From NCBI GenBank assembly GCA_044868145.1, contig JBIOWE010000006.1, positions 218,835 through 282,834 of the forward strand: a stretch of DNA of 64,000 bases. The letters are read 5' to 3'. The notes beneath the pieces were generated by a model, which saw only the letters and a list, made by a program, of their open reading frames with translations, ran no database searches and had not been told where the DNA came from. This DNA is from Patescibacteria group bacterium. Its GTDB lineage: Bacteria; Patescibacteriota; Patescibacteriia; UBA10025; JBIOWE01. The translations under genes and the position numbers were made by a program. Position 1 is the stretch's first letter. Every line of letters begins with the position of its first letter. Positions 17,557-27,011 of the stretch are shown in pieces.

Positions 17557-19209
17557 CTATAATTTGGCTATTTGCCCGGGTCTTAATGGCTGGAAATGGT
17601 TAGCGGGTGTTGGCGTCTGAGGTTTTTGGACAGGACCGCGGGGTTTATTTTCGAGAGTCCGCTGCTCCACCCGTTGGAGATTCGGACGTGCTTTTTTAAA
17701 CGGCAGCGGTTCTCGTGCTAATGCGTCTTTTAGAGAAATGCTTTGTTCCTGAGATTCGATGATGACCGGCTCGGTGTTTTTTGGAGGTGAAAACGGTATC
17801 TCTGGTTTGTTTATTTTCTTCACGTCTTGGCTGCGCCGTCGAGTCTTCCCTTCTGGGGTGTAGGCAGATTCGCTTGGTCGATATGCCGTGTTTTCTTCAT
17901 CCGCAGCTCCGGCGTACATTTCTGTTACGCCGCTCCATCGGAGAATTCTTTCTTCAACGATTGTGCGCGGTGTTCCGTAGCGCTCTTGGGATGCGCGAAT
18001 AACTTTTTCTCGATTGTTTGTTTTTCCCTCTAATGGAGGTAGGGTTGTTGCCGAAAACGGTTCGGATGCGACGCCATCAATCATAAGTTTCATGGCAACT
18101 TCATATTTCGCAAGGTTAAGTAAATCCTCTTCGGCGAAAATCGGAAAAAATTCTTTCGCAAGAAATTCGGCGTCAGCTGCACCGATACGAAAACACGTGA
18201 TTGTACCGACATTGCCGAAGACGGCAGCCTGAACTTCTTCCTCGAGTTGCTCGATGTATTGATGAGCAATAATAAGATTGAGCCGGTATTTTCGAGCTTC
18301 GGAAAGAATACTGGCAAAACTTTCTGTCGCAAAGTTTTGAAACTCGTCTACGTAAAGATAGAAATCTTTTCGTTCAGATTCCGGAATGTTCACTCGGCTC
18401 ATGGCAGCAAGCTGCAGTTTTGTAACAAGCATTGCCCCAAGGAGAGCGGAATTATCTTCACCAATGCGCCCCTTTGAAAGATTGATGAGTAAGATTTTTT
18501 GATTATCCATTGCTTCGCGGAGATTAACCGCGCTTTTCGGCTGTCCGACGATATTACGAATGATAGCGCCTGAAAGGAATTGCCCAACTTTATTTTGTAT
18601 TGGCGCGATTGCCTCGTTACGGAATTTTTCATTGTATGACGAAAATTCGTGCAACCAAAATCCTTTGACGATCGGGTCGCTGATTTTTTCGACAACTTTT
18701 TTTCGAAACGCTTTGTCAACGAGGATACGAGCAATGCCCAACATTGTTGAACCCGGATATTCCAACAAGGCGAGAATGCAATTGTTCAAAATATATTCCA
18801 TACGAGCACTCCACACCCCGGCCCAAATTTTTGTAAAAACGCCCATCAATCCTGAAGCAACCAGATGTCGCTCGTTTGGGTTGACGTTTTCAAGCACATT
18901 GAATCCGATGGGGTATTCGGTATCTGCCGGATTAAACACGATAACGTCATTGATTCGATATGAAGGGATAAAGTCGATAACTTTTTCAATGAGGTCTCCG
19001 TGAGGATCTACGACGGTAACGCCATTGCCCGCACGGATATCGGAAATAATCATATTTTCCAGAACGGTCGTCTTGCCCATTCCAGTTTTTCCGATCAGGT
19101 ACGTATGGCGACGGCGGTCGTCCCGCTTAATACCAAACTTTGTCCGCAAATTGCGGAAATTTGTTTCTGCAAAAAATGTAATTTCTCCGGGATCGGTTCG
19201 TATCTCCAT
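17557..19209 (-). CDS. VirD4/TraG-like (HerA-FtsK superfamily) ATPase
   Basis: Walker A GKTGMGKT, VDPHGD, Walker B LYVDEFQNF, SEARKYRL, AHQY, FGNVGT. Confidence 0.88.
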   Translation of the reverse strand: MEIRTDPGEITFFAETNFRNLRTKFGIKRDDRRRHTYLIGKTGMGKTTVLENMIISDIRAGNGVTVVDPHGDLIEKVIDFIPSYRINDVIVFNPADTEYPIGFNVLENVNPNERHLVASGLMGVFTKIWAGVWSARMEYILNNCILALLEYPGSTMLGIARILVDKAFRKKVVEKISDPIVKGFWLHEFSSYNEKFRNEAIAPIQNKVGQFLSGAIIRNIVGQPKSAVNLREAMDNQKILLINLSKGRIGEDNSALLGAMLVTKLQLAAMSRVNIPESERKDFYLYVDEFQNFATESFASILSEARKYRLNLIIAHQYIEQLEEEVQAAVFGNVGTITCFRIGAADAEFLAKEFFPIFAEEDLLNLAKYEVAMKLMIDGVASEPFSATTLPPLEGKTNNREKVIRASQERYGTPRTIVEERILRWSGVTEMYAGAADEENTAYRPSESAYTPEGKTRRRSQDVKKINKPEIPFSPPKNTEPVIIESQEQSISLKDALAREPLPFKKARPNLQRVEQRTLENKPRGPVQKPQTPTPANHFQPLRPGQIAKL

Positions 19210-19210
19210 C

Positions 19211-20587
19211 TTATTTTATCGGTAAGTTAAAAGGTTTAGGCGCGGTGCGCGCTGCATATACCGGTGAGGTTGGCGCAATTTGCTGGCCAGTTGGCAAGCG
19301 AATAGGTGGGCGTGCCTTCTTTGTTTCCGTACGCTGCACTGCGGGCACTTTAACCGTTTCGACGGGGAAGTGCCAGAGACTTGCTAGTTCTTCCACGTTC
19401 AGGATCATGGTAGTTCTTCCGCGTCTGAGTGCGCGCGATCGATAGCCCCAGAGGATTCTGCGTTGACGCGTAAGGATACGTTGCTTGATGAAGAAATAAT
19501 CGGCGGTCGACATCGTCTTTTTATGCGGGATAATGCTGTTTAAGTCCTGTGTGTTGAACTGGTTCATTGCACCGGATAAGGCGTTCGCTGCCTTTACCTT
19601 GTCGTAAACGTCTCTACGCGCGAAGTACACGAGTCGAATCTTAGTTTTAAATGCTAATCTGCCAATTTTGTATCCGATTGCTTCGACGATATTACGTTCT
19701 GACGGCGGCATGTGCTGCATAAGAGACGGCAGCTTTTGGTCTGTTTTTCGCGTTTGCTCGAACTCGGAAGGGGCTATGATAGAGGCGGTCAGCGATTCGG
19801 TAATGCCCTGCGTAACTTGCCGAGGAATGTATGTCCAATCTTCGGACTGCGACGACTTTGCGCCTATCAGTTTTTTAATCAAAGTAACGCCTTTTCGTGC
19901 CCAGTCCGCAGCGAGCGGAGCGACAATGATTTGAAACCATACTTGTTCCGTAGGACCCAGCCGGCTTATCATTTCGAGAAACGACGCCATAGGATCCATG
20001 AAGGTTTGAGTCAGTGAATGCTCGAACATCGGGTATGTACGAATGGGATACGGATCGGATTTTGTGAAACGGTATTCCGTCCCCCAAAGGTCATAGTCCT
20101 TGTGCGGCAATTCAAGGGGTCTTGGCATCATGTCGACATAATCTTCGATTTCCGTGATTTCGGCATCAGGGTATTGTGCGTAGATGGATGCTTCCACCAG
20201 GTCCCGGAATTTTACAGGTGTGCGAATGGCAAATTGGATATACCCGGCGATTCCGATAATCTCGAAACTAATTGCGTTCGCGTCTTGGGTGTAACCTTTC
20301 CCATAGCGATCCCAGATTGTGCCCTTCCGGATGGTGCCGTAAATATGTTCAAACAAATGCTCTACGGCTTTTGGGCTTTGTTCGTTCAATTTAGGTATGT
20401 CAAGAGCAAGGATTGTGTGCTCGATAGAAAATTCATATTTATTGCGAATGTATGTCTTCCATCCGTCCCAGATTCCAAGGAGTATCGTAATAAGAATTAA
20501 AATCCATCCCCCGCTTTGGATAAGAAGCCAGGTGATGACAAATGGGTTTTGAGCAAGCTGGAATGCAGTTAGATCGAGTTCGATCAT
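19211..20587 (-). CDS. Conserved membrane-anchored partner of the VirD4-like ATPase
   Basis: Single N-terminal TM; EQSPKAVE, ISFEI, IYAQYPDAEI, YPIRTY, ILNVEELASLWHFP motifs; 1 nt from the ATPase start. Confidence 0.65.
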   Translation of the reverse strand: MIELDLTAFQLAQNPFVITWLLIQSGGWILILITILLGIWDGWKTYIRNKYEFSIEHTILALDIPKLNEQSPKAVEHLFEHIYGTIRKGTIWDRYGKGYTQDANAISFEIIGIAGYIQFAIRTPVKFRDLVEASIYAQYPDAEITEIEDYVDMMPRPLELPHKDYDLWGTEYRFTKSDPYPIRTYPMFEHSLTQTFMDPMASFLEMISRLGPTEQVWFQIIVAPLAADWARKGVTLIKKLIGAKSSQSEDWTYIPRQVTQGITESLTASIIAPSEFEQTRKTDQKLPSLMQHMPPSERNIVEAIGYKIGRLAFKTKIRLVYFARRDVYDKVKAANALSGAMNQFNTQDLNSIIPHKKTMSTADYFFIKQRILTRQRRILWGYRSRALRRGRTTMILNVEELASLWHFPVETVKVPAVQRTETKKARPPIRLPTGQQIAPTSPVYAARTAPKPFNLPIK

Positions 20588-21726
20588 GATGTTTTTTGTT
20601 CCGGTATTTTTTTTGTTTTAACGGTGTATTTTCCGTCTTGGAGACGCGCAAACCGGTCTTTATTGGTAAGGGCAAGAACAATCGTATTTTCTTTCACAAC
20701 CCGGCGCTCAAGCACTTTTTTGACCAAATCGTTTCGTGTCAGTGGCTGTTCGGCTTCAAGGAGTATCTGCTCAATCACTTCAGCCACAACGCCAGGTTTA
20801 TATCCCCATTCCTTGAGAGCATACATACCTCGGCCAACGAGAACATACTGGCCATTGAGAATAAGTTCATTATGAACGGTTGGCGGGTGAGCTCTACGTT
20901 TGTCGAAGTGTATCTCATTAATTCTTTTTGTGATTTCCGTAAAGTGCATGGGGCGCCCGGTTTTCTTTAGGATCAGGTATATCTTATCGTTCATGCGCTT
21001 CGGTTTAATGGTCCCCCATTCCGCAAGACCATAGTCGCCAAAGGGGTTCTTCGCGATATGTTGACTTATTGCGAGATATGAATCAATAACATCGTCGGTA
21101 AAAAGTGATACGTGCGTCTTGTAAAGGTCGGATTCACGAAACGCTTTCACGAGAGCATCAAAGGCAATGGTCTTACCGTATTTCTTAATAATATCTTCGA
21201 GTATTGCTACGGATTGCTCAAACACACGTAAAGGTGCCGTTTGCACATGCCAGAAACGATGATATTGCTTGTCTGCCGGTTTTTGCTTGAAAACCTCCTG
21301 GAGAATTTCACTTAGGAGGAAGAGTGTATTATTTTTATTCGCGTCATTGATTCCCGTGACTTCGAGCAGCTTTGAGAGAAGAAGTTCCTCCGCCATGATT
21401 CTGCCGTGCTGTTCTAATATTTGGCTTATAGTAAGTTCGACTGGACGAACGATTTGCTGAAACATTTTTTGTCCTTTGATTTTCGTCGTGCCAGTTTTTT
21501 CAATCTGACGGATCCGTTCGCGCGTCACAGAATAGGTCGCTCCGATTTGTTCAAGTGTTTCTTCTGGTTTGCCAGTAAGTCCGAAACGTCGACGCAAAAC
21601 GTCCTCTTCACGGGGCAGAAGAGGTTTCAGTAATTGGTTGACTACCTCAACAGGATTGAATTGTTCAATGTTGCTTACCTGTTGGCTCTGTATTATTTTT
21701 TCGAGGATTGAATTTTTTTCTTCCAT
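20584..21726 (-). CDS. Sigma70 region-4-like HTH plus winged-helix (HARE-HTH / RNAP delta-like) protein
   Basis: REEDVLRRRFGL..ETLEQIGATYSVTRERIRQIE; PMHFTEIT..TVHNELI..VGRGMYALKEWGY; no sigma region 2; ATG at 21726. Confidence 0.8.
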   Translation of the reverse strand: MEEKNSILEKIIQSQQVSNIEQFNPVEVVNQLLKPLLPREEDVLRRRFGLTGKPEETLEQIGATYSVTRERIRQIEKTGTTKIKGQKMFQQIVRPVELTISQILEQHGRIMAEELLLSKLLEVTGINDANKNNTLFLLSEILQEVFKQKPADKQYHRFWHVQTAPLRVFEQSVAILEDIIKKYGKTIAFDALVKAFRESDLYKTHVSLFTDDVIDSYLAISQHIAKNPFGDYGLAEWGTIKPKRMNDKIYLILKKTGRPMHFTEITKRINEIHFDKRRAHPPTVHNELILNGQYVLVGRGMYALKEWGYKPGVVAEVIEQILLEAEQPLTRNDLVKKVLERRVVKENTIVLALTNKDRFARLQDGKYTVKTKKIPEQKTS

Positions 21727-21765
21727 AAAATATGCAACGAAAACGTCATTTTTATTTTCGAACTT

Positions 21766-21794
21766 AGTATAGCATACTTTTGACATTGTGTCAA
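21766..21794 (-). promoter_or_regulatory. Promoter with overlapping TTGACA-N3-TGTCAA dyad
   Basis: Minus strand TTGACA-17 bp-TATACT with TG; 21780-21794 reads TTGACATTGTGTCAA. Confidence 0.7.
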
Positions 21795-21810
21795 GAGTTA
21801 AGTAGAAAAT

Positions 21811-21842
21811 ATAAAAGACCTTGTTCTGAACATAACAAGGTT
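21811..21842 (-). terminator. Intrinsic terminator after secF
   Basis: ACCTTGTT/AACAAGGT stem followed on the minus strand by CTTTTATATTTT. Confidence 0.55.
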
Positions 21843-21851
21843 TAGCTTAAG

Positions 21852-22745
21852 TTACTTTCGCCGCCAACTATTCCAAACGACGAGCAGAGGTGAAGCGACG
21901 AAGATCGAAGAATAGGTGCCTGCCGTAATTCCGATAATGAGTGCTAGGATGAAATGTCGAGTAGTATCGCCGCCGAACGCCAAAAGTGCAAGGAGAACAA
22001 GCAGCGTGGTGAACGATGTGCTGAGCGATCGCACGAGGGTTTGGTTCACGCTTCGATTCACGATTTCTTCGAAAGGTTCTCCATGCGAGGTCAACAATTG
22101 TTCACGGATACGGTCGAAGACAACGATAGTGTCGTGTACCGAGAAACCGAGAACGGTCAGAAGGGCAGAAACGAACAGACTATCGACCTGCACGTGAAAA
22201 AATCTTCCTAAGAGCGAGAATACACCAATAACAATAAAAACGTCGTGAACTAGCGCGACAACAGCGCACGCCCCATAGACCCATGAGGGTACCGGTCCAG
22301 CAGAAACTTTACGGAACGCGAAGGAGATATATAAAACGATGAATATAAGTACCAGGATGATAGCGATGACCGCGCGATGTTGTAATTCCTTGCCAAGCGT
22401 TGGGCCAATTGATTCAAAGCTTTTTTCTTGGACGTTGCCAAATTGTTCGGTTAGCTTGCTGAGGATTTCGTCTTTTGTCGCGTTGTCAATATTCTTCATA
22501 CGAATGGTCATCTCGTTTTGTCCGAGTGGCTGAATGACGGTTGTACCAAGATCCATGTCCTTAACAGTGTTTTCTACGGATTGGCTATCTGGTCTTGTTG
22601 CAGCGAACTCAACGCGCAGTAATGTGCCTCCCGTAAAGTCTATCCCGAGCGGTAAGCCCCAGATAAATAAAGAAATAAGGCCGGGGACGAGTAATAACCC
22701 CGAGAGAATGAAGAAGAAATTTCTTTTTTGGATAATCCGATACAT
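21852..22745 (-). CDS. secF: Protein translocase subunit SecF
   Basis: LGIDFTGGT, ESIGPTLGKEL, ALVHDV, GFSVHDTIVVFDRIRE, GTYSSIFVASP. Confidence 0.96.
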   Translation of the reverse strand: MYRIIQKRNFFFILSGLLLVPGLISLFIWGLPLGIDFTGGTLLRVEFAATRPDSQSVENTVKDMDLGTTVIQPLGQNEMTIRMKNIDNATKDEILSKLTEQFGNVQEKSFESIGPTLGKELQHRAVIAIILVLIFIVLYISFAFRKVSAGPVPSWVYGACAVVALVHDVFIVIGVFSLLGRFFHVQVDSLFVSALLTVLGFSVHDTIVVFDRIREQLLTSHGEPFEEIVNRSVNQTLVRSLSTSFTTLLVLLALLAFGGDTTRHFILALIIGITAGTYSSIFVASPLLVVWNSWRRK

Positions 22746-22746
22746 A

Positions 22747-24435
22747 TTAGTGGGTGTTTTTCTGAGTTTCACGCAGCCCAAATAATTTACCTTTTTTTTG
22801 CAGATGTTCTGTTAAAAGAAGGCGCATGAATGTCCTGGTAATTGTTATTGCAGAGAACATGCTGACGAGAATCCCGATAGCAAGTGTTATGGCAAATCCC
22901 TTAATGACTGATGTACCAAACCACGCGAGAATGAGGCATGAAAGAAGACTCGAGGCATTTGAGTCGCGTATGGACGGCCAAGCTCGCTTGAACCCCTCTT
23001 CTATAGCCTGCGCCAGTGTTCTTCCCGCTCGTAATTCCTCGCGCGTCCGCTCGAAGATCAAAATATTCGCGTCAACGGCCATGCCTATCGACAGTATAAA
23101 TCCTGCCACCCCGGCCAAGGACAGTGTAATGGATAGAAGTTTGAACAACATGAGCGCAATGAGCGCGTAGAGCGTTAGGGCGACAACCGATAACAACCCG
23201 GGTAGTCGATAGTACACAATCATGAACACGGAGACGAACAGTAGCCCGAGAATGCCAGCGAGAAAACTGCGTTCAACCGATATTTTTCCAAGAGTCGGGC
23301 CAACGTTGTTTTGGCTCGCCAAGCTAATGGGCACTGGGAGCGCACCCGCGTTTAACCGTTGGGCCAATTGCTTTGCTTCATCAAGCGTAAACTTGCCGGT
23401 GATGACTGCCTGACCACCACTGATTTTTTCATTCACGCGAGGAAGAGATATAGGGCTCCCGTCAAGAAAGATGCCTACTACTTTTCCGACGTTGCGCTGC
23501 GTAATTTCCTCAAATAGCTTCGAACCCTCGCTGTCGAATTGCAATGAAACTTGAGGCTCCCCAGTGTTTTGATCGAACTGCACGGTGGCCGATTTGAGTT
23601 GTTTGCCTGTCAGTTGTGTCGGAGAAAAATCTGAAGCCTGATCAGGGTTTAGTGACTTTTTTATAAATAAAATATGGCTCGAGCGAACTTCGCGCACGCC
23701 GTTGTTATTGCGTTCGTCAGTTTTTTTGATGATGTGGTATCCGAACTGACTTTCTACGACTTCCGTGTAGACCTTTCCCGTCTCAAGCTTATCGAAGATG
23801 ATGTCCTCAAATTCCGGAACGAGTTGGCCGCGCTGCGTAAAATCAAGGTCTCCGCCTTTTTTCGAGCCATCCTGCGTACTGGTATTACCCGGATCTTCAG
23901 AAAACTCGTCGGCGAGTTTCGCAAAGTCTTCACCTGCAAGCGCGCGTTTGAGAACGTCCTCCGCTTTTTTCTTCTGGCTAGCATTGAACGTTTCTCTGCT
24001 TGCTTTTTCTTCATCCGAAAGTGGGGCTACTTCTTTTTGCTCTTTGAATTCAAGGAGAGGAGTTTCCCCGATAAGGAGTATCGCTTCATTGACGTCTTGG
24101 ATACCTGGTAATTCAACGATAACCCGCCAGTTATCGCCTACTTTTGTGGTTTGAACAACTGGTTCGGAAACGCCAAACGCATTGACTCGACGTTCGATGA
24201 CATCTCGCACGCCGTCAAGCGCTCCTTGTCGGTCCGACGCAGGAATATTGGATACATCTGCATCGTACACAAGGCGCGTTCCTCCGAGCAGATCAAGGCC
24301 GAGCTTTACTTTCAGCTCTTTGGTGAATGAACCGATTTTTATGTTCGGACCTTTTGGCCAGTCGACAGTGCCCGCGAGAATAGCAATGACGACTATGATG
24401 CCGAACGTCAGCCAAACTCGTTTACGGAGAGTCAT
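22747..24435 (-). CDS. secD: Protein translocase subunit SecD with inserted parvulin (PpiC-type PPIase) domain
   Basis: LGLDLLGG, RRVNAFGVSEP, LNAGALPVP, GMAVDANILIFER; insert EDFAKLADEFSED..GGDL..VPEFE..FGYHII..VRSSHIL. Confidence 0.95.
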   Translation of the reverse strand: MTLRKRVWLTFGIIVVIAILAGTVDWPKGPNIKIGSFTKELKVKLGLDLLGGTRLVYDADVSNIPASDRQGALDGVRDVIERRVNAFGVSEPVVQTTKVGDNWRVIVELPGIQDVNEAILLIGETPLLEFKEQKEVAPLSDEEKASRETFNASQKKKAEDVLKRALAGEDFAKLADEFSEDPGNTSTQDGSKKGGDLDFTQRGQLVPEFEDIIFDKLETGKVYTEVVESQFGYHIIKKTDERNNNGVREVRSSHILFIKKSLNPDQASDFSPTQLTGKQLKSATVQFDQNTGEPQVSLQFDSEGSKLFEEITQRNVGKVVGIFLDGSPISLPRVNEKISGGQAVITGKFTLDEAKQLAQRLNAGALPVPISLASQNNVGPTLGKISVERSFLAGILGLLFVSVFMIVYYRLPGLLSVVALTLYALIALMLFKLLSITLSLAGVAGFILSIGMAVDANILIFERTREELRAGRTLAQAIEEGFKRAWPSIRDSNASSLLSCLILAWFGTSVIKGFAITLAIGILVSMFSAITITRTFMRLLLTEHLQKKGKLFGLRETQKNTH

Positions 24436-24506
24436 AATCAATAAAAAAAGACAAGGTTAGTCGAAATTTTTCCTTGCCTTACTATAGCAGTTTTTTTCTT
24501 CTCGCG

Positions 24507-25946
24507 CTAGTCATGCACAATGACGGTTGTGCCGACGCTTGCCCATTCATACAGTTTTTTTGAGTCGGCAAGCGATTGTCGCACGCACCCGTGCGAAACG
24601 CGAACGCCAAGGTGGTTTTCTCCCTCGTAGATCCTGCCGCCGGCAATTTTCCAATATGGCAGGGAGTGGATGCCATAGGCGCCATTACCGGCAAACGCCA
24701 TCCAATAGTCCATGTATAAGCTGTACGGTTTTGAATACGCGACAAGAATTTTATTGGTTGTTTTGAATGTCCCAAGCGGGGTGGGCATGCTCCACTTGCC
24801 AGTTGAAATACGGTGCTCGCCGATTTTCTGTCCATTTTCATAGTAGCGCAACATCTGCTCGGAAATATCAATATCAATGTATTTGGCTAGATCTTGTCTC
24901 CCTTCGGCAATTCGGCGTGTCGGTCCGACGATTAAGGTGTTATCGCCCGTACCAAAATCAGCTTCGGCTATGGAAACACCGCCGCGGAACTCTCTTTCAT
25001 AAGCGAAAAAGTTCATTGCGAGAGGTGTACCGTCAATTTCAAAGCTCCGTACGTGCGGCGCGCCTGTTTGACCCGCGGCCGCGACAATTTCGTCAAAGCC
25101 ATCATTGTCCACGTCGGCGCCAGTAACGGTTGCGCCTCCTGTAAATTGAGTTGGAAAGGCAGTAAACTGTCCGAGTACCTGGTTGGTTGAGAGTTTTATG
25201 ACTTTGATCCACGCGCTATCATAGCGGGCAACGGAGAAAATAAGTTCATCGTCGGGTCCGCCGTCAACATTTGCCGCGGCAAGGTTCACGCCGCCCTTGA
25301 AATCTTGATGGAATACGTAAAAGTCTTTGTTGAGGGATTGGCCAAAACGGTTAAAAACGCGAATATGCGGACCACCGCCTGCACCTGGCGCGGTAATAAT
25401 TTCTGGCAGGCCTGACCCATCAATGTCCGCAACGGCGACGTTGACGCCACCGCGAAATGTCGTGTCATACGCGAAAAATCCTGGGGTAAACACTGGTGTA
25501 CCGTATCGGTCAAAAATGCGCACCTGCGGTGCAGCCCCAAACTTTGTGCCGGTCACAATTTCCGCTTGTCCGTCTCCGTCCAGATCGCCGCAAGCAACAG
25601 TAACGCCGGCCCGCATCTTTTGGTCATATGCAAAAAAACCTGGGGTGAACACGGTTGCACCATCATGATTGAATATCCTAACCTGTGGACCGCCGCCCGG
25701 ACCAGCTCCCGTAATAATCTCGTCTATACCATCGCCGTCTAAATCGCAGGCCGTAACTGATGCACCGCCTCGGAAGATTTCCGGGTACGCAAGAAACGCG
25801 TGCTCCACAGTTCCACTAGTTGCGTCAATGATCTTTACCTCCGGCTCGCGCGTGTCCCCTGCGAGCGCCATTTTTGGTAACAAAAAAAGTATTGCGCTTA
25901 CAAAAGCCAATACTCCTAATGCTTCGAATACTTCCCTTTTGCTCAT
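24507..25946 (-). CDS. FG-GAP/VCBS-repeat protein with C-terminal L,D-transpeptidase (YkuD) domain
   Basis: Signal peptide; repeated DLDGDG..EIITG..GGGPQVRIF..FFAYD..FRGGV; IDIDISEQML, STGKWSMPTPLG, YGIHSLP, SHGCVR. Confidence 0.9.
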   Translation of the reverse strand: MSKREVFEALGVLAFVSAILFLLPKMALAGDTREPEVKIIDATSGTVEHAFLAYPEIFRGGASVTACDLDGDGIDEIITGAGPGGGPQVRIFNHDGATVFTPGFFAYDQKMRAGVTVACGDLDGDGQAEIVTGTKFGAAPQVRIFDRYGTPVFTPGFFAYDTTFRGGVNVAVADIDGSGLPEIITAPGAGGGPHIRVFNRFGQSLNKDFYVFHQDFKGGVNLAAANVDGGPDDELIFSVARYDSAWIKVIKLSTNQVLGQFTAFPTQFTGGATVTGADVDNDGFDEIVAAAGQTGAPHVRSFEIDGTPLAMNFFAYEREFRGGVSIAEADFGTGDNTLIVGPTRRIAEGRQDLAKYIDIDISEQMLRYYENGQKIGEHRISTGKWSMPTPLGTFKTTNKILVAYSKPYSLYMDYWMAFAGNGAYGIHSLPYWKIAGGRIYEGENHLGVRVSHGCVRQSLADSKKLYEWASVGTTVIVHD

Positions 25947-26012
25947 GTTTTTATTTGTATTTTGCGAATTCTACCTTTATTCTAGCATATTTTTTTGTTT
26001 TTTGCAATATCG

Positions 26013-26585
26013 TTAGTTCTTTTTTACCAGCCCGTCAAATGCAATTTTCTCGTAATCCAACTCATTTATGCCGCTCAATTCGTATACCTGAAATGTCGAG
26101 AAGATTTTTTTATCATTCGGATTAAGTCCGAGCAGTGCAATGCCTTGGTCGACGTCAGGCCATGAATGGGCTTCGATTTCCAAATAGGGTTGCAGCGCAG
26201 GCCAGGTATCAATGTCAAACGTAATAGTATCCTTTACCCAGCGCGAACGACGATTTTCCTCGTAGAATTTTTCTATTAAACCAATGCTCTTGAGTAGAGT
26301 CCTTGTTTTTTCAAAGTCATTAACCTCTATTTCCATTTCCTTCATTCCTTTGTCGTTTCCCCCATGGGAACTCCGACCAAGCCGTTCTTTGTATCCCAAA
26401 GTTATGCGTGTACCTTCGTCCCGCAGGCGAATCCATGCTCCCTTGGCGTTCAGCCGTAAATCGGGGTAGTCAAAAACATAGCGTTTATAGAAAAAATCCC
26501 CTACTTTCTTTGCGCCAAGGGATAAGAGCTTTTTCTCAAGAGATAACTTGTCTATATTGAGGAATTTTACTTCAATTTCCTCCAT
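26013..26585 (-). CDS. CYTH-domain (class IV adenylyl cyclase-like) protein
   Basis: N-terminal EIEVK, WIRLRD, EMEIEV, YLEIEA. Confidence 0.85.
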   Translation of the reverse strand: MEEIEVKFLNIDKLSLEKKLLSLGAKKVGDFFYKRYVFDYPDLRLNAKGAWIRLRDEGTRITLGYKERLGRSSHGGNDKGMKEMEIEVNDFEKTRTLLKSIGLIEKFYEENRRSRWVKDTITFDIDTWPALQPYLEIEAHSWPDVDQGIALLGLNPNDKKIFSTFQVYELSGINELDYEKIAFDGLVKKN

Positions 26586-27005
26586 TTATTTATCAAAATA
26601 GTTGCGTCCGGTTTTATATGCTTCTATGTATGAGGGAATTGCCATGAACAAGGGTTTTGGCAAATTGTCTATGTTGTACCAAGCCCACGATTCGATTCTA
26701 TCCGGTTCAACTACCTGCGGCTCGCCGTTTTTCCATTCGGCGACAAAGCCAAGGTCAACATAGTGCTTAGGCGCATAGTCTTTAAAATTGAGTAGTCGCA
26801 GAAATCGAATATTATCAATTTTAATGCCCGTTTCTTCCTTCACTTCTCGTCGAACGCATTCCTCAAAGGATTCCATGTATTCCATGTGCCCGCCCGGCCA
26901 GGCATACTCGCCTTCTCCGTGCGAACCTTTGCGCTTGCCGAGAAGCACTTTCCCGTCTTTTAGGATCATTACGCCTACGCCGACTCTGGGGTATTGTTGT
27001 TCCAT
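26586..27005 (-). CDS. NUDIX hydrolase (NUDT15/MutT-like)
   Basis: PRVGVGV, RKGSHGEG, Nudix box GGHMEYMESFEECVRREVKEETG. Confidence 0.9.
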   Translation of the reverse strand: MEQQYPRVGVGVMILKDGKVLLGKRKGSHGEGEYAWPGGHMEYMESFEECVRREVKEETGIKIDNIRFLRLLNFKDYAPKHYVDLGFVAEWKNGEPQVVEPDRIESWAWYNIDNLPKPLFMAIPSYIEAYKTGRNYFDK

Positions 27006-27011
27006 ACGTGC

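Noticed and set aside
23626-24036. Intein in SecD
   Set aside because: No intein splice motifs (C/S start, HN end); the insert matches parvulin.
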